Positions 52,360 through 64,000 of a stretch of DNA of 64,000 nucleotides are shown one piece after another. Numbering within the stretch: position 1 is the first letter of the stretch; every line of letters starts with the position of its first letter. The notes beneath the pieces are model-generated. The model was not told the origin of the DNA, did not search any database, and was given only the letters and a program-made list of their open reading frames with translations. Made by a program: the position numbers and the translations under genes. The DNA lies in the NCBI RefSeq assembly GCF_006345805.1, contig NC_043001.1, forward strand, positions 80,786,001 through 80,850,000, in the 5' to 3' direction. This DNA comes from Octopus sinensis (taxonomy: Eukaryota).

Positions 52360-53987
52360 GACTACTTCCTGCTTGAAACAACCTTCAAGTGATCATCAGT
52401 TCCATTATATATATATATATACTTCTTTTAACAACTGTTTTCTTGGAAAACAAATTTATGAGACATAAAAATGATACAAAATAAACTGCAACAGTTTTTA
52501 GTCTTTTCAATATACAGTACAGGCATACACCAAAATGCACACACATTATATGACAGGCTCCTACATAGTTTTCTTCTTCTAAATTCCATTCACTAAGTAT
52601 TGGTCAACCCAAGGCTACACTAGGATTGAATCTAGATCTTAAAATCTATATCTGTCTGTCAATATCATTTAGCGCCTATTTTCCAGGTTTTTTTTTTTCT
52701 TTTTGTGTGTGTTTATGTGAAGTAGCATGAGCTAAAGAGAAAGTCAGTGGAAGAAGTGGTGGCAAAGAGAGAGAGAGAAAGAGTGACGAAGAAGTGACAT
52801 CACTCCACGCATGTGCTCACTCTCTTCCTCATGCACGAAGTATCATGAAATAGACTGAGATTAACAAGGAAGATGAGAAAGAGAGCAAGAAGAATATTGT
52901 GTTGCATGCACACGCTGATTTCATTCACTCTTGTACACCACACCTCACACACACACTGATGTTCAAGTACCTATCATTGGTTTTTCAGAACCCATGTCAA
53001 TTGAAACAAATTGATTATTATTTGGTTGTATTGATTGGTACTCTGTTCTTTTGTGTTTGTGTGCAAGTCAACACACAGGATTCTTATGTTTTGCTTTTGT
53101 TTTTTGCTTAATTTTTTGTACTTTTTGTTCTACGCACTTATATGTGCTTTCATGCAAATAGGAAATTATATACCAACCATCCTTCTCTCTCTACGCGCAA
53201 ATACATATGCACATGTATGTATGTGTATGTGTACATTATGTATACCTGCATGTGTATGGAAGTTTGTGTTGTGCGTGTGTGTGTGTGTGTGTGTGTGCGT
53301 GTATATATTATATATATATTGTATGTATATGTTTGTGCTTTTATATATGAATGTATGTGTATGTAACATATATATATATTACATACATAATACATACACA
53401 CATATTTATATTTATAGTGTGTGTGTGTATGTGTTCGCACATACATACACAGAATATGCTTCAATCCATATGCATACTCCCATATCTACATGCATGCAAT
53501 CTTTTCTTACTGTATGTATATATTTATATATACGCATACACACATACATATTAGTCTATTGTTATACATACATGCATTCGCAATCATTGATCTATTCTGC
53601 CAATGTTAGAAATATTGAAAAATATATCGCCTGCTTCTTAGATTCATAGAACTTTGCCTTTACAAAATTGTGAACATTAAGCATTAAACTATTATTGAAA
53701 GGAAAAATTAAATATATAACGAATAAACAAATTTGAAAAGAAAAAGAACCTTTCAGAATGTTATCTAGCTCTTGTGCAATGCAGAAGATTGCAAACTAAT
53801 GAATGAAAGCTTTTTTCACATTATTCTTGGTGGTGGTGGTGGTGGTGTAGTTTTGAAGAATCAGTTAAGATCTCCAGAAGAATTAGCCAGATAGTATTTA
53901 GCCATGTTTGTTTTTATATTCATCCTCATTATCTTCATGTTAATGCCCACTCCTCCATGCTTACATGGGTTGAAAGGGATTTATTAA

Positions 53988-54213
53988 CCCTTTTTCTTTA
54001 GCATTTAAACCAGCTGCATCAGGCCCAAATATTTTACCTGTTTTATGTCCTAATTGGATAGATTCAGCTTCTCACACTTACCCTACAATGTCATTCTCAA
54101 AATGAATGATCACACCATCGAAATTTTAAAGCTACAAGGTAAGGCATGATGTTTTTCTAAACAGTGTGAATCAATAGCCTTACACTTGACAGAGAAATCT
54201 GAATATTAAAGGG
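53988..54213 (+). mobile_element. piggyBac-type MITE family 1
   Basis: TTAA at 53984-53987 and 54214-54217; CCCTTT..AAAGGG termini. Confidence 0.88.
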
Positions 54214-55299
54214 TTAAGGCAGATGCTCTTCCTATCACCAAACCTCACTTGTTTCCAAGCAAGGTAATATTTCCCCATGACTGGACATGTTTTCACAGAG
54301 GACATACACACATGCACACATTGTCAATGTCATTTAATGTCCACTTTCCTTTACTTGTATAGGCCACACAAAATTTGTTGTGGCATATTCTCTACAACTA
54401 AATGCTCTTCCTGTCACTAACCTTCTCCTATTTTCCAGCAAGGTTATATTTGCTCATGTCCAGACAAAGAAAACTGAGAATGTACAACATCAATTGTTTA
54501 GGAGACTCATTAGCATATTGGGCAAAAAGTTTAGCAGCATTTCTTCTAGCCCTTCATGTTTAAGCTCAAAAATCCTACAGAGATCAGCGTTGATGTTCAT
54601 CCTTACTGGGTTAATAAAATAGAGTACCAACCAGGTACTGGAGTTGATATAATCAACTTTTTCCTTCAACTCTGGCAATGGAGGAGTGTTTTGCACAGAG
54701 GGAATGTTGTGATTTTGGTCACTTATATGCCATGGATACAAGATAACCAGCCTTATGAGTACCAGGGCTCAAAAATATTGAAAATGTGTATGCATGTGTG
54801 TGTCCTCGTCTTGACATTGCCTAATAGTTGTAAATGAGTGTCACCATTATACAAGTGACTTTGTTACTTTCCAATCTATGAAAAATAAAAAAAAATAATG
54901 TCTGGCTGTAGAGAAATATCACCCTACTTGGAAACAGGTAAGGGTTAGCAACAGAAAGGGCATCAAGCCATAGGAAATCTGCTTCAACGAATTTCATCTG
55001 ATCCATGCAAATAGGGGAGGGTAGACATTAAAATGACGATGGTGATTATTTGACTGGTTATTCATTCTGGAAGGATGGAAAACTGTTAGCCCTTGGCAGG
55101 ATTTGAACAAACAACATAAAATAAGTGACCTAGATAGTACCACAACTTTGGTTTGATACTTTGCTGATTCTATCACCCTTATAATTTGGCAGGGGTTAAG
55201 ATAAGAAATAGTGGAAGGTATACAAAAGGGTTAGAGTTGTCTAAATCTTCTGTGAAATTTTCATGTTTAGGTAAGGTGCAAGACACCAGCTTAATTATA

Positions 55300-56065
55300 A
55301 TAGTCATTTTACTAGACTTTTTGTTATTTTCAAAATTAGCTGAAACAGAGGCAGCGTATTTTAATATAATTATAGTAACATGAGAGTTAAAGCAACTTAA
55401 AAGCTTCCATCAAAATTTTATGGTAATTCATGTTTCAGACACCAGCTTAATAAATGACAACAATAATATTTTACTAAATTCTTCTTTATTTTCCAAACTA
55501 ATTGAAACAGGGACAGTATATTTCAAATATGGTAACAAAAGTGATCTAAATTAAAACCCCCCTTCAAAATTTCATGTTAAATTATGTTCCAGACACCAGT
55601 TAAATATTAATTTCAAATTTTGGCACAAGGCCATTAAATTCAGGGGAGTAGATAAGCCAATTACATCAATCCTGGTGCTAAACTGGTATTTATTCTATTG
55701 ACCCCGAAAGGATGAAAGATAAAGTCAACCTCCGCAAAATTTGAACTCAGAGCGTGAAGATGGATGAAATGCTGCTAAGCCTGATGTGCTTACGATTTTG
55801 CCAACTCACTGCCCACACACTAGTTAGATATTAACAAAGTAAATTTACTAATTTCTTCATTATTCTCGAAATAAATTTAAACAAAAGCAGTGCATTGTAA
55901 CAGAAATATAGTAGTAAAAAGGTTTAAGAGATCAGAATCAAAACCTTCTTTCTAAATTTCATATTAAATTATGTTCCAAAGTCAATTTACTAACTTGATT
56001 ATATTCAGAATTAATTGAAACAATATCAGCATATTTCTACTGAGATATAGTAAGAAATGGGCTAA
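55300..56065 (-). mobile_element. Multimer of MITE family 2 units, interrupted by a type B SINE (about 55605-55812, minus strand)
   Basis: Repeated caccagctt..ttttactaaattcttc..aattgaaac..gaaatatggtaacaaaag units, reverse complement of the 44291 units. Confidence 0.7.
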
Positions 56066-56977
56066 CATAGAGAATTGCTGTTGCTTAGCCCTGGGGCAAC
56101 AATAATGCAGTATCTCTATGATCTAAGACATTTAACATACCACAATCACTTACTTTCTTCAATCATATAAAGAACTACATTATCCAGTGTGTCCCTCTGT
56201 GTTTTTATTTTTTTATATTTGCTTTTATAAGATGGTTGTGTGATTTAAGGTGAGATCTGGCTGTTCTTTCTGGTAGATTGAGTGACAAAGTAGAGGCTGC
56301 TGTATTGACTGGATATATACATAAAAAAAGTGAAAACTTATATTGCTAAGCTGTCAGATTTGACAAGTCTGTGTAAGTTGTATTCGCAAATTTATGAATA
56401 TCCTGTTAGGAGAGAGCATAACATAAAAAAATATAACGAAAGAAGTCATTTCTTTCCTTGCTTTCTTCTAAAGAAACTGTGTTCCTGTTTAGCTTTAAAA
56501 AACTATTACAACCTTGTTTAGTGAACCAATGATGTATTGAGAATTTTTAGCCACATTTAGACCTTCTTCCCCCTGTACATGCACAAGCCACATGTGTACA
56601 CTTCAGTTCTTCAAATCTGTCTATTTGCCTCTTATTTCGAGAAGCACATTGCTTTATGAAATTTCTTTCCACATTTTGGATTTAACAAATTACAGTAGCT
56701 TACGATGATTGGCTGGTCTGTCAGTTCTATGATTCCCAAGTGGCTATTAGAAAGGCATGATTCCTGGCCATTAAGTACCAAACTGCTGTATGTGTGTATA
56801 AATATAAATACACACTCACACACATACATGTATGTATGTCTGTGTGTCCTTGGTGTGCTAGTTTTTCTAGATTGCCATTGCCTCTTTGGATTACTTTAAT
56901 GAACTTGTTTTTTCAACTGATAAATGTTTCTATTTTTATCAACTGTATAGCTGTCACTTGATTAACTATTTCAGTTC

Positions 56978-57245
56978 TGATTGGTCATTTGTCTCTGTGA
57001 TTAGTTTACTGTTCCTCCATCCTTTCCTTTTACCTTTGATTGGTCACCCATGTCATCTGATTACTTCTTTTGATTTTGATTGGTCTCTCTTGTCTTTAAT
57101 TGTATCCTAGTTTTTTTTTTTTGCTCTTTTTCCTTGATTTTGATTGGTCTAGTCCTGTCATTTGATTAGTTCTTTTGATTTTGATTGGCCACTTGTGTCT
57201 GCTCAACTTGTTGACTTGTTTTAAGGTTTGGTTATTTGATTGGCT
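56978..57245. repeat. Degenerate minisatellite carrying six TGATTGG (CCAATCA) motifs
   Basis: Motif starts at 56978, 57037, 57077, 57141, 57182 and 57237. Confidence 0.85.
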
Positions 57246-57384
57246 AAGTTGTGGACAGTGAATTCTGACCATTTAAGCCTGGATAGTTACTATAGTTACC
57301 AAGGGATCTGTTATGGCCAATACTTCAGATGTTTTGTACTCACAAGAAAACTACTATTATATTTAATTTTTATCATTATCATTA

Positions 57385-57830
57385 TTATTATTGAGCTTGC
57401 AGAATCATTAGCATATTTCACAAAGTGCATAGTAACACTTCTTCTGACTCTCCACATTCTGAGTTCAAATTCTGCAGAGGTCGATTTTGCTTTACATCCT
57501 TTTGGAATTGATAAAATATCAGTCAAACACTGGGTTTGATGTTATTGACAAACCCACTTCCCTAAAATTAGAAACATTTATTATTATTAGTATTATTATT
57601 ATTAAAACAGTGGTGGAAGTGGCAAGCTTAGCAGAGTTGTTAGCACACTGGGTAAAATACTTGGTGGCAGTTCATCCATCTTCAGGTTCTGAGTTCAAAT
57701 TCCACCAAGGTTGACTTTTCCTTTCATCCTTTCATGGGGTTGGTAAAGTAAGTACTACATGAGCACTGGAGCCGATATGATTGGCTTATACCCTCCCCTG
57801 AATTTTCTGGCCTTTGCCAAAATTTTAAGC
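57385..57830 (+). mobile_element. Two tandem type B SINE copies
   Basis: gagcttgcagaatcattagc.. and ggcaagcttagcagagttgttagcacactgg.., each with ctgagttcaaattc and an ATT tail. Confidence 0.85.
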
Positions 57831-57842
57831 CATTATTATAGT

Positions 57843-58069
57843 GGTGGTGGCTGTGTGGTAAGAAGCTTGCTTCACAACCACATGGTTTTTGGTTCAGTCC
57901 CATTGCGTGACGCCTTAGGCAAGTGTCTTCTACTATAGCCACTGGTTGACCAAAGCCTTGTGAGTGAATTTGGTAGATGGAAACTGAAAGAAGCCCATTG
58001 TATATATGTGTGTATATATGTATATATATATGTATATATGTGTGTGTATATATATGTATATATATATAG

Positions 58070-58111
<42 letters not shown>

Positions 58112-58250
58112 GTATTGCTTGACAACCGATGTTGTGATTATGTCCCCGTAACTTAGCAGTTCAGCAAAAGAAACTGATAAGCCCTGGGGTCAATTTCGAC
58201 TAAAAGCAGTGTTCCGGCATGGCCACAGTCTAATGACTGAAGCAAAATAG
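57843..58250 (+). mobile_element. SINE type A, full length
   Basis: ggctgtgtggtaagaagcttgcttc..ggttcagtccc..ccttaggcaagtgtcttc..catggccacagtctaatgactgaa. Confidence 0.9.
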
Positions 58251-61200
58251 TAAAGGAGTTCGTAGAATCATCAGTGTGTCTGACAAAATGCTTATTGACA
58301 TCTCTTCTGGCGCTTTACATTCTGAGTTTTCATTTCTGAAGGTCACAGTACCAAGTGCTCTGACAACAGTTGAGACCAATCATCATCCTGATTATCATTA
58401 TTATTATTATTCTAGTAGTAGTAGTATTTGTTTTTGTTGTTGCTTTGTTCCAAGCCTCTCCCAGAGATCTCAAGAAACAGCAAGTTAGACATTTTACCGT
58501 GGGTGTTATGAGTTGAACTTATATGGGATCTATTTGGTTTGGTTGGCAGCATTCAAAGAATTAATGTTTGTCAAAAGTTTTTGAATTTGGCACATTAATA
58601 TACTTTTCCAAGCTGATTTGCAGGAGTTATTTCACTTTTTCCAGAAAAATGTTTTTAAAAATATAGAGAGGTTTAAAGTTTGATCATTTTCACCTGATCA
58701 GGAAACAGAATTTGGAAGCTGTCATTTTGTGCATGACTACACATCTTGTCAACATCCTGAAAATAGCATGTGTTAAGAAAGAATAAACAAAGTCTTTAGT
58801 TGTTTTAAGTATTGCGATAGCATGAATTTAAAATATTTATCCAAAAACGTTATTTAGCTGTTATTTTTAGCACACCTCACAACCACCTCAATGACAAAAA
58901 GAAATGAGTAAACAACACATATTTTGGAGTTTTAAGCATTCAATATGCATTTAATGTGAAAACATGAACTTAAAAGATTTATCTAAAAATAAAATAGCAC
59001 ATTACAAATTAAATAGTTTTAAAAAACAAGCATTTTGTTGACAATTTCATAAATTCTCATGCTCAGTTGTCAACAGATAGATAAAACAAGTGGTTTCAAT
59101 ATATTTCTCGCAGACAAAAGAGTTCTCATGTTTTGCTTGTTACTATGGAAATAGGCATGAATGTGTCTGGTTTACGATTGACTAAAATTACCCCAAATTT
59201 TCAAACTTTAATTGCTAATAACTCTTTATTTATTGATTAGTAGTGAAAATGATTTGCACATCATTCATTAGCCTATAGAAGTGTATCATTACACTGAATA
59301 TGAAATCAATTCAAACAGAATTGATGCTGGCAGCCAAACCGAATAGATCCTTTATGTTTCAAGAGAAAGAAATTCAGTATATGATGTATGTGTGTGTGTG
59401 TGTCCCACCACTTGACTACTGGTGTCTGGTTGTTTACATTCCTGTAACCTAGCAGTTCAGCAAAAGAAGCCGATAGAATAAGTACCAGACTTTTTTTTTT
59501 TAAAAAGTAAGTACTAATGTTGATTTGTTTGGCTAAACCCTTCAAGGTGGTGCCCCGGATTGGCTGCAGTTGAATGGCTGAAACTAGTAAAAGATAACTG
59601 ATAAAAGAATTGCTCATAAGCTACCAGAATTTATTTCTGACTTGAAGGTTTCATGGAAGAATAATACATCATATCTGAATACAATCTCATTTCCAAACAC
59701 AATCTTCATGTGAATACCCAACTGTTTGAAATACACATACCTAGTTATATGATTTCACATTAACACTTCATTACCAAAACCATTTTGTGCCAAATTAAAA
59801 ATTTTTGTCTTTCCTTTTACTTGGTCATATATTTTCTACTTCTCTATATAAACTATCACATTGATTTATAGCTTGGCTATCATCAGTGACTCCTGTGTTA
59901 TAGCATGAATGTTATTATATATTCATTCTGGTATCATGGGAGTTATCAGTGTTACTCTTGTTTTTAAGCATTTATTTTTTCTCTCGATTATATTTTTGAT
60001 TATATCATATAAGCCTTAGTGGATTTTTTTTTCACAAAAATTATTTTATGAAAGGAGTGCTCCAATGATGGAGATGAGTGACTTGCATCCTTCTGATATC
60101 TCTGTTCTGTACATCTCCATCATAAGTTTAACATCCACTTTTTCATGCTTACATAGGTCTGATGATGTTTATTTGAAGCAGATTTTGTATGGCTGGATGC
60201 CTTTACTGTTGCCAACACTCATCTGTTTCTAAGCAAGTTAACATTACCCCATGGCCAGACATGTTTACTACAGAATATTGGAAATGAATGAGACTGCTAG
60301 CATGGCAGTGATAATCATTTCACAACTATCATGTGATGTCAAAACAAACTTACATAAACATGACACACACTCTCCACCATGCACACTCCCCTCCATGCAC
60401 ATTCCCCCCACATGCACACCCACACAGGCACTCCCCCACATAACCTTCCCACACACTCTCTCACACACACACTCTCACTCACACACATCATACATATACA
60501 ATGGGCTTCTTTGTGTTTCCATCTACCAAATCCACTCATAAGAATTTGGTCATCCCAGGTCTATTCTAAGGTGTCACACAGTGGAACCGAACTCTAAACC
60601 ATGTTGTTGGGAAGCTAGCTTCCTACCACACAGCCATGTCTTCACCTATTACACTTCCTCAAATTCAAGTAATGTGGTTTTAACCATAGTAATGTGATGC
60701 TCCATAAAAAAATAAAAATACCTTTGGGAATCACTGGTAAAACCCATGCATCCTACATGGTATGTTTTTGATATACCATCTAGGAGGCGAAACATGGTGA
60801 ATACCTGATATGTACTTGTATCAGATGTTACACTACTGTTTCACTTTTATTCTATAAAACCTTGACTTGGTAACAAATTATTTGTTCAACTTAGCATTAT
60901 CACTGCTTAATTTTATGAAATGTCTGCATTGTCTGTTTCAACCAGACTGCTATTACTGCTTGCATTCACTCTCGGTTCACTGTCACTTAGCAGTACACCC
61001 TCTGTTTCACTGTCACTTAGAACTTCTTTCGGTTCACTGCCTCTTTAACAACTAGCCATGGCAGACATCATTTTAAACTTTACAGATGACAACCTTCAAA
61101 AATGTCACTGCCAACAAAGAAATATTGCACACATCAGCTACGGCTGGCACGCTCATTGAAGTATAGACAGCAGTCAGCATTTAACTTACTTCTTATTGGC

Positions 61201-61454
61201 CAAGTGACTTTATGCTGTGATTATTATACATTTTATGAATACAGAATCATAAAATTTCCTGCAGATTCTACTTCATTCAACGAAGAAGTTTTCTTTCCTT
61301 TGAAACATAACATAGGACCATTTTCAAAATTTTACATCTCCTTTCTCCTGGAAGCACATTCAGTAGCTGGTAGCCTCACATTTTACCATGACTAGTATTG
61401 TTATCACATCAAGTTACAACTCGGCATTTTAGTGCCACCTTATTTAGCCTTATA

Positions 61455-61668
61455 ACATTGATATTCCTCTGTCAGATGTAATGCTCAGTTATTCACATTG
61501 TTTTAAATTTACCCTGCATCATCTCATAGCTTTGAGATTTCTATGAGGTGTTTGTTTATTTTTAGAATGATATTGAAGGGTAAGTGTGAGATGCTGAATC
61601 CAGCCAGTTTGAATATAAAACTGGTTAAATATAAGGGCTGGATATGGTTCAACATATCTATAAAGGGG
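61455..61668 (-). mobile_element. piggyBac-type MITE family 1, degraded ends
   Basis: cagatgtaatgct..tctcatagctttgagattt..gtgtgagatgctgaatccagccagtttgaatataaaac. Confidence 0.7.
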
Positions 61669-62320
61669 TATCTTTTTACACTTTCTCTTGTTACTCTCTA
61701 TGTACTTGCACACCTATAATATTGCAGTTATCATTTGTTGTGTGGTGGATACATCATCATGTCATAGATTTGCTGCCATCTTCTGTTCAGCAGCAAGAAA
61801 ATAAGAATAATTTTTTAACACTCTCATTATATAAATCGGGTATATAGACTCAAAATTTCATTAGCCCTTACTGTGGAAAGTAGTTTTATATACTAACCTA
61901 TCTTTTGCTAAGGAATGTCATGTTTGAAATTATTTTCTGTTGAGTTACCTTTTACTAATTTCAGTAATTTATTTTACTAATTTCAATCATTAGACAGCAA
62001 CCAAGATGGGGCACCACCTTGAAGGGTTGTTAATCAAAATCAACCCCAGTACTTATTTCCTTAAGCTTAGTACTTATTCTATCAGTCTCCCTTGCTGAAC
62101 CACTAATTTCTGGTGCACACACCATTAGAACACCAGTCCATATCCTGGTTGTACATTTATAACTGAGTGGACTAGATCAATGTGAAGTGTATTTTGCTAA
62201 AGTTCACAAAGCACCACTAGTCTGGGAATCAAAACTGCAACCTTGCAGTCATGAGTGCACTGAGTCACATACCTTCGTATGTGTGTATGTATATTTATAT
62301 ATATGTGTATATATATATAT

Positions 62321-62515
62321 AGTGAGAATTTAGAAAAAGAACAAAAGATGAAGATGGGTGTGTAAACAACAAACAGATGTATTAGTTTAAGACTCGGGAA
62401 GTGAGAAAGTCTTCTACGTTTCAAGCCTACGCTCTTAGACAGAAATGAACACAGAGAAATAAACAGGAAGTGAAAATAAAAATAGATATAGTGGCTAACA
62501 ATCTATCATAGCGAA
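62321..62515 (-). mobile_element. Probable Penelope-like element terminal remnant within (TA)n
   Basis: Flanked by TA runs; minus strand carries ctgtctaagagcgtaggcttgaaacgta, a hammerhead-like layout typical of PLE termini. Confidence 0.55.
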
Positions 62516-62522
62516 TATATAT

Positions 62523-62553
<31 letters not shown>

Positions 62554-62618
62554 TTGTGTGCATGTTATGTCAACTGATAGAGTACGCAATACTTTTTAGT
62601 AGAGTGTGTGTTTATTAA

Positions 62619-62837
62619 CTCTTTAGTATTTAAACTGGTCATATCCGGTCCAAATAGTCTACCTGTTTTATATTAAAGCTGACCAAATCCAGCCTCTCAC
62701 ACTTACCTTACAATGTTAATCTAAAAATAAACTATCATATATTCAAAATCTTGAAGCTACAAGATCATACATGATTAATTTTGCAACATGAATTAATGAT
62801 CATTACATTTGACAGATTTAGCTGAATACTGAAAGAG
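62619..62837 (+). mobile_element. piggyBac-type MITE family 1
   Basis: TTAA at 62615-62618 and 62838-62841; TIR ctctttagtatt / aatactgaaagag. Confidence 0.88.
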
Positions 62838-64000
62838 TTAAGCATAACAAATGCAAATAAGCTGACACTTCGAAGTACCTGTCAACCATTTCCTTGTAAA
62901 AGTTCAATATACCTACATAAATGCATACGTATTTGTGTGTATGTGTGTGTATATATATAAATATATATATGTACATACACATGTGTGTACATGTATGAAT
63001 ATATGTTTACACATATGTACGAGAGTGTATATTTATATATATTTACACACACACACACTCACATATATGTACATACATACACACATACTTAAGGGAAGAC
63101 CAATATTGCTTTATTGTGCACATGTATTATTGGTGCAGTTAGTCGCAATCATTAATGACCTGCCATATTGGTATATAGAAGCCAGTTCTTTATTGCTATA
63201 GCTGTATTGACAGTCTGTGTTTGTATAAACTTTTTATGGTATATACTCTTCATTTATATGTTTATATTATTTTATTTTTTCTCTCTCTTTGATATTTGCT
63301 TTATTTTCTTTTGTTGCTTTTTAATCTTTGTTTTTTGTTCTCCATGGTTTTATTTTTTATAGTTTTTTTTTTTATAACGTGGAGATAAATAACTGTTGAA
63401 CTATCACAATTAATATGTGTGTTTATTTGGCACCAACATCATGTTGGTTTTTCCCTCTGTTCTCGCTTTTTGTCTTCCTGTATACACACACACATGCAAT
63501 CACTTGTGCGCATTTATGTGTGTGTGTATACATAAATATAGACACATGTACATTTAATGTGAAATACATATGTGTATATACAAATACACACGTGTGCATT
63601 TCATACACCCCTCTCTCTCTCTCTCACTCTCTATTTATGTATACGTACATACAGTGTGTGTGTTTGCGCATTATACACTCACACATGTATGTATATATGA
63701 GAAAACTGTCCTGGACAGTCTGTAAATCTATTACTAGCACTATGTTCTATCTATAACCTAAACTCTAGATTTTAAATACATATAACAGTGACTGGGTCAT
63801 TACCTTGCAATGCTGAGTTCAATTCTGGTCATTGGATCTAGAGAAGCCTCTATTTAATTTCACACAGTCATTTCATTATCTTCAAACTTTTGTTCTGATT
63901 CTGAGCTATGTGCAATGTCTTGAGTGTGAAACAGTACATTGTATGTTAATCCTTTTGTTACTATACTTTTATTGTAAAACACTGACTTTCTTCATCATCA

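Noticed and set aside
2091-63756. Most ORF-track entries as genes
   Set aside because: They translate microsatellites (YIYI, CVCV, HTHT, LSLS), low-complexity tracts or SINE bodies; no recognisable domains
1-64000. True tRNA, rRNA, snRNA genes or CRISPR arrays
   Set aside because: tRNA-like segments are decayed SINE heads without an intact cloverleaf; tandem repeats lack constant repeat and unique spacer architecture; the sequence is eukaryotic

Overview
Eukaryotic, AT-rich, microsatellite- and transposon-saturated DNA. The SINE, MITE and RTE families match those I recall from Octopus (coleoid cephalopod); this is recognition, not a database result. I cannot identify any protein-coding gene with confidence. 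Most ORF-track entries are translations of (TA)n/(CA)n/(CT)n tracts or SINEs. Supported content: many tRNA-derived SINE copies (three head/body types plus a (GAT)n-tailed family), three decayed RTE-type LINE 3' fragments, a degraded double C2H2 zinc-finger remnant, two TTAA-flanked piggyBac-type MITE families, hAT and Tc1/mariner MITEs, and a probable Penelope-type remnant with a decayed hammerhead-like motif. Strong CpG loss suggests a methylated intron or gene body, with a few CpG-retaining patches. The most interesting observations are structural: a 52-bp locally templated inverted insertion, two fold-back hairpins inside SINEs, a CCAAT-box higher-order minisatellite, a palindrome carrying two AP-1 sites, a head-to-tail SINE array, and low-confidence phase-compatible minus-strand exon candidates. 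I found no convincing previously undescribed biological system. Element boundaries were read by eye and are approximate (tens of bp) unless TIR/TSD positions are given.
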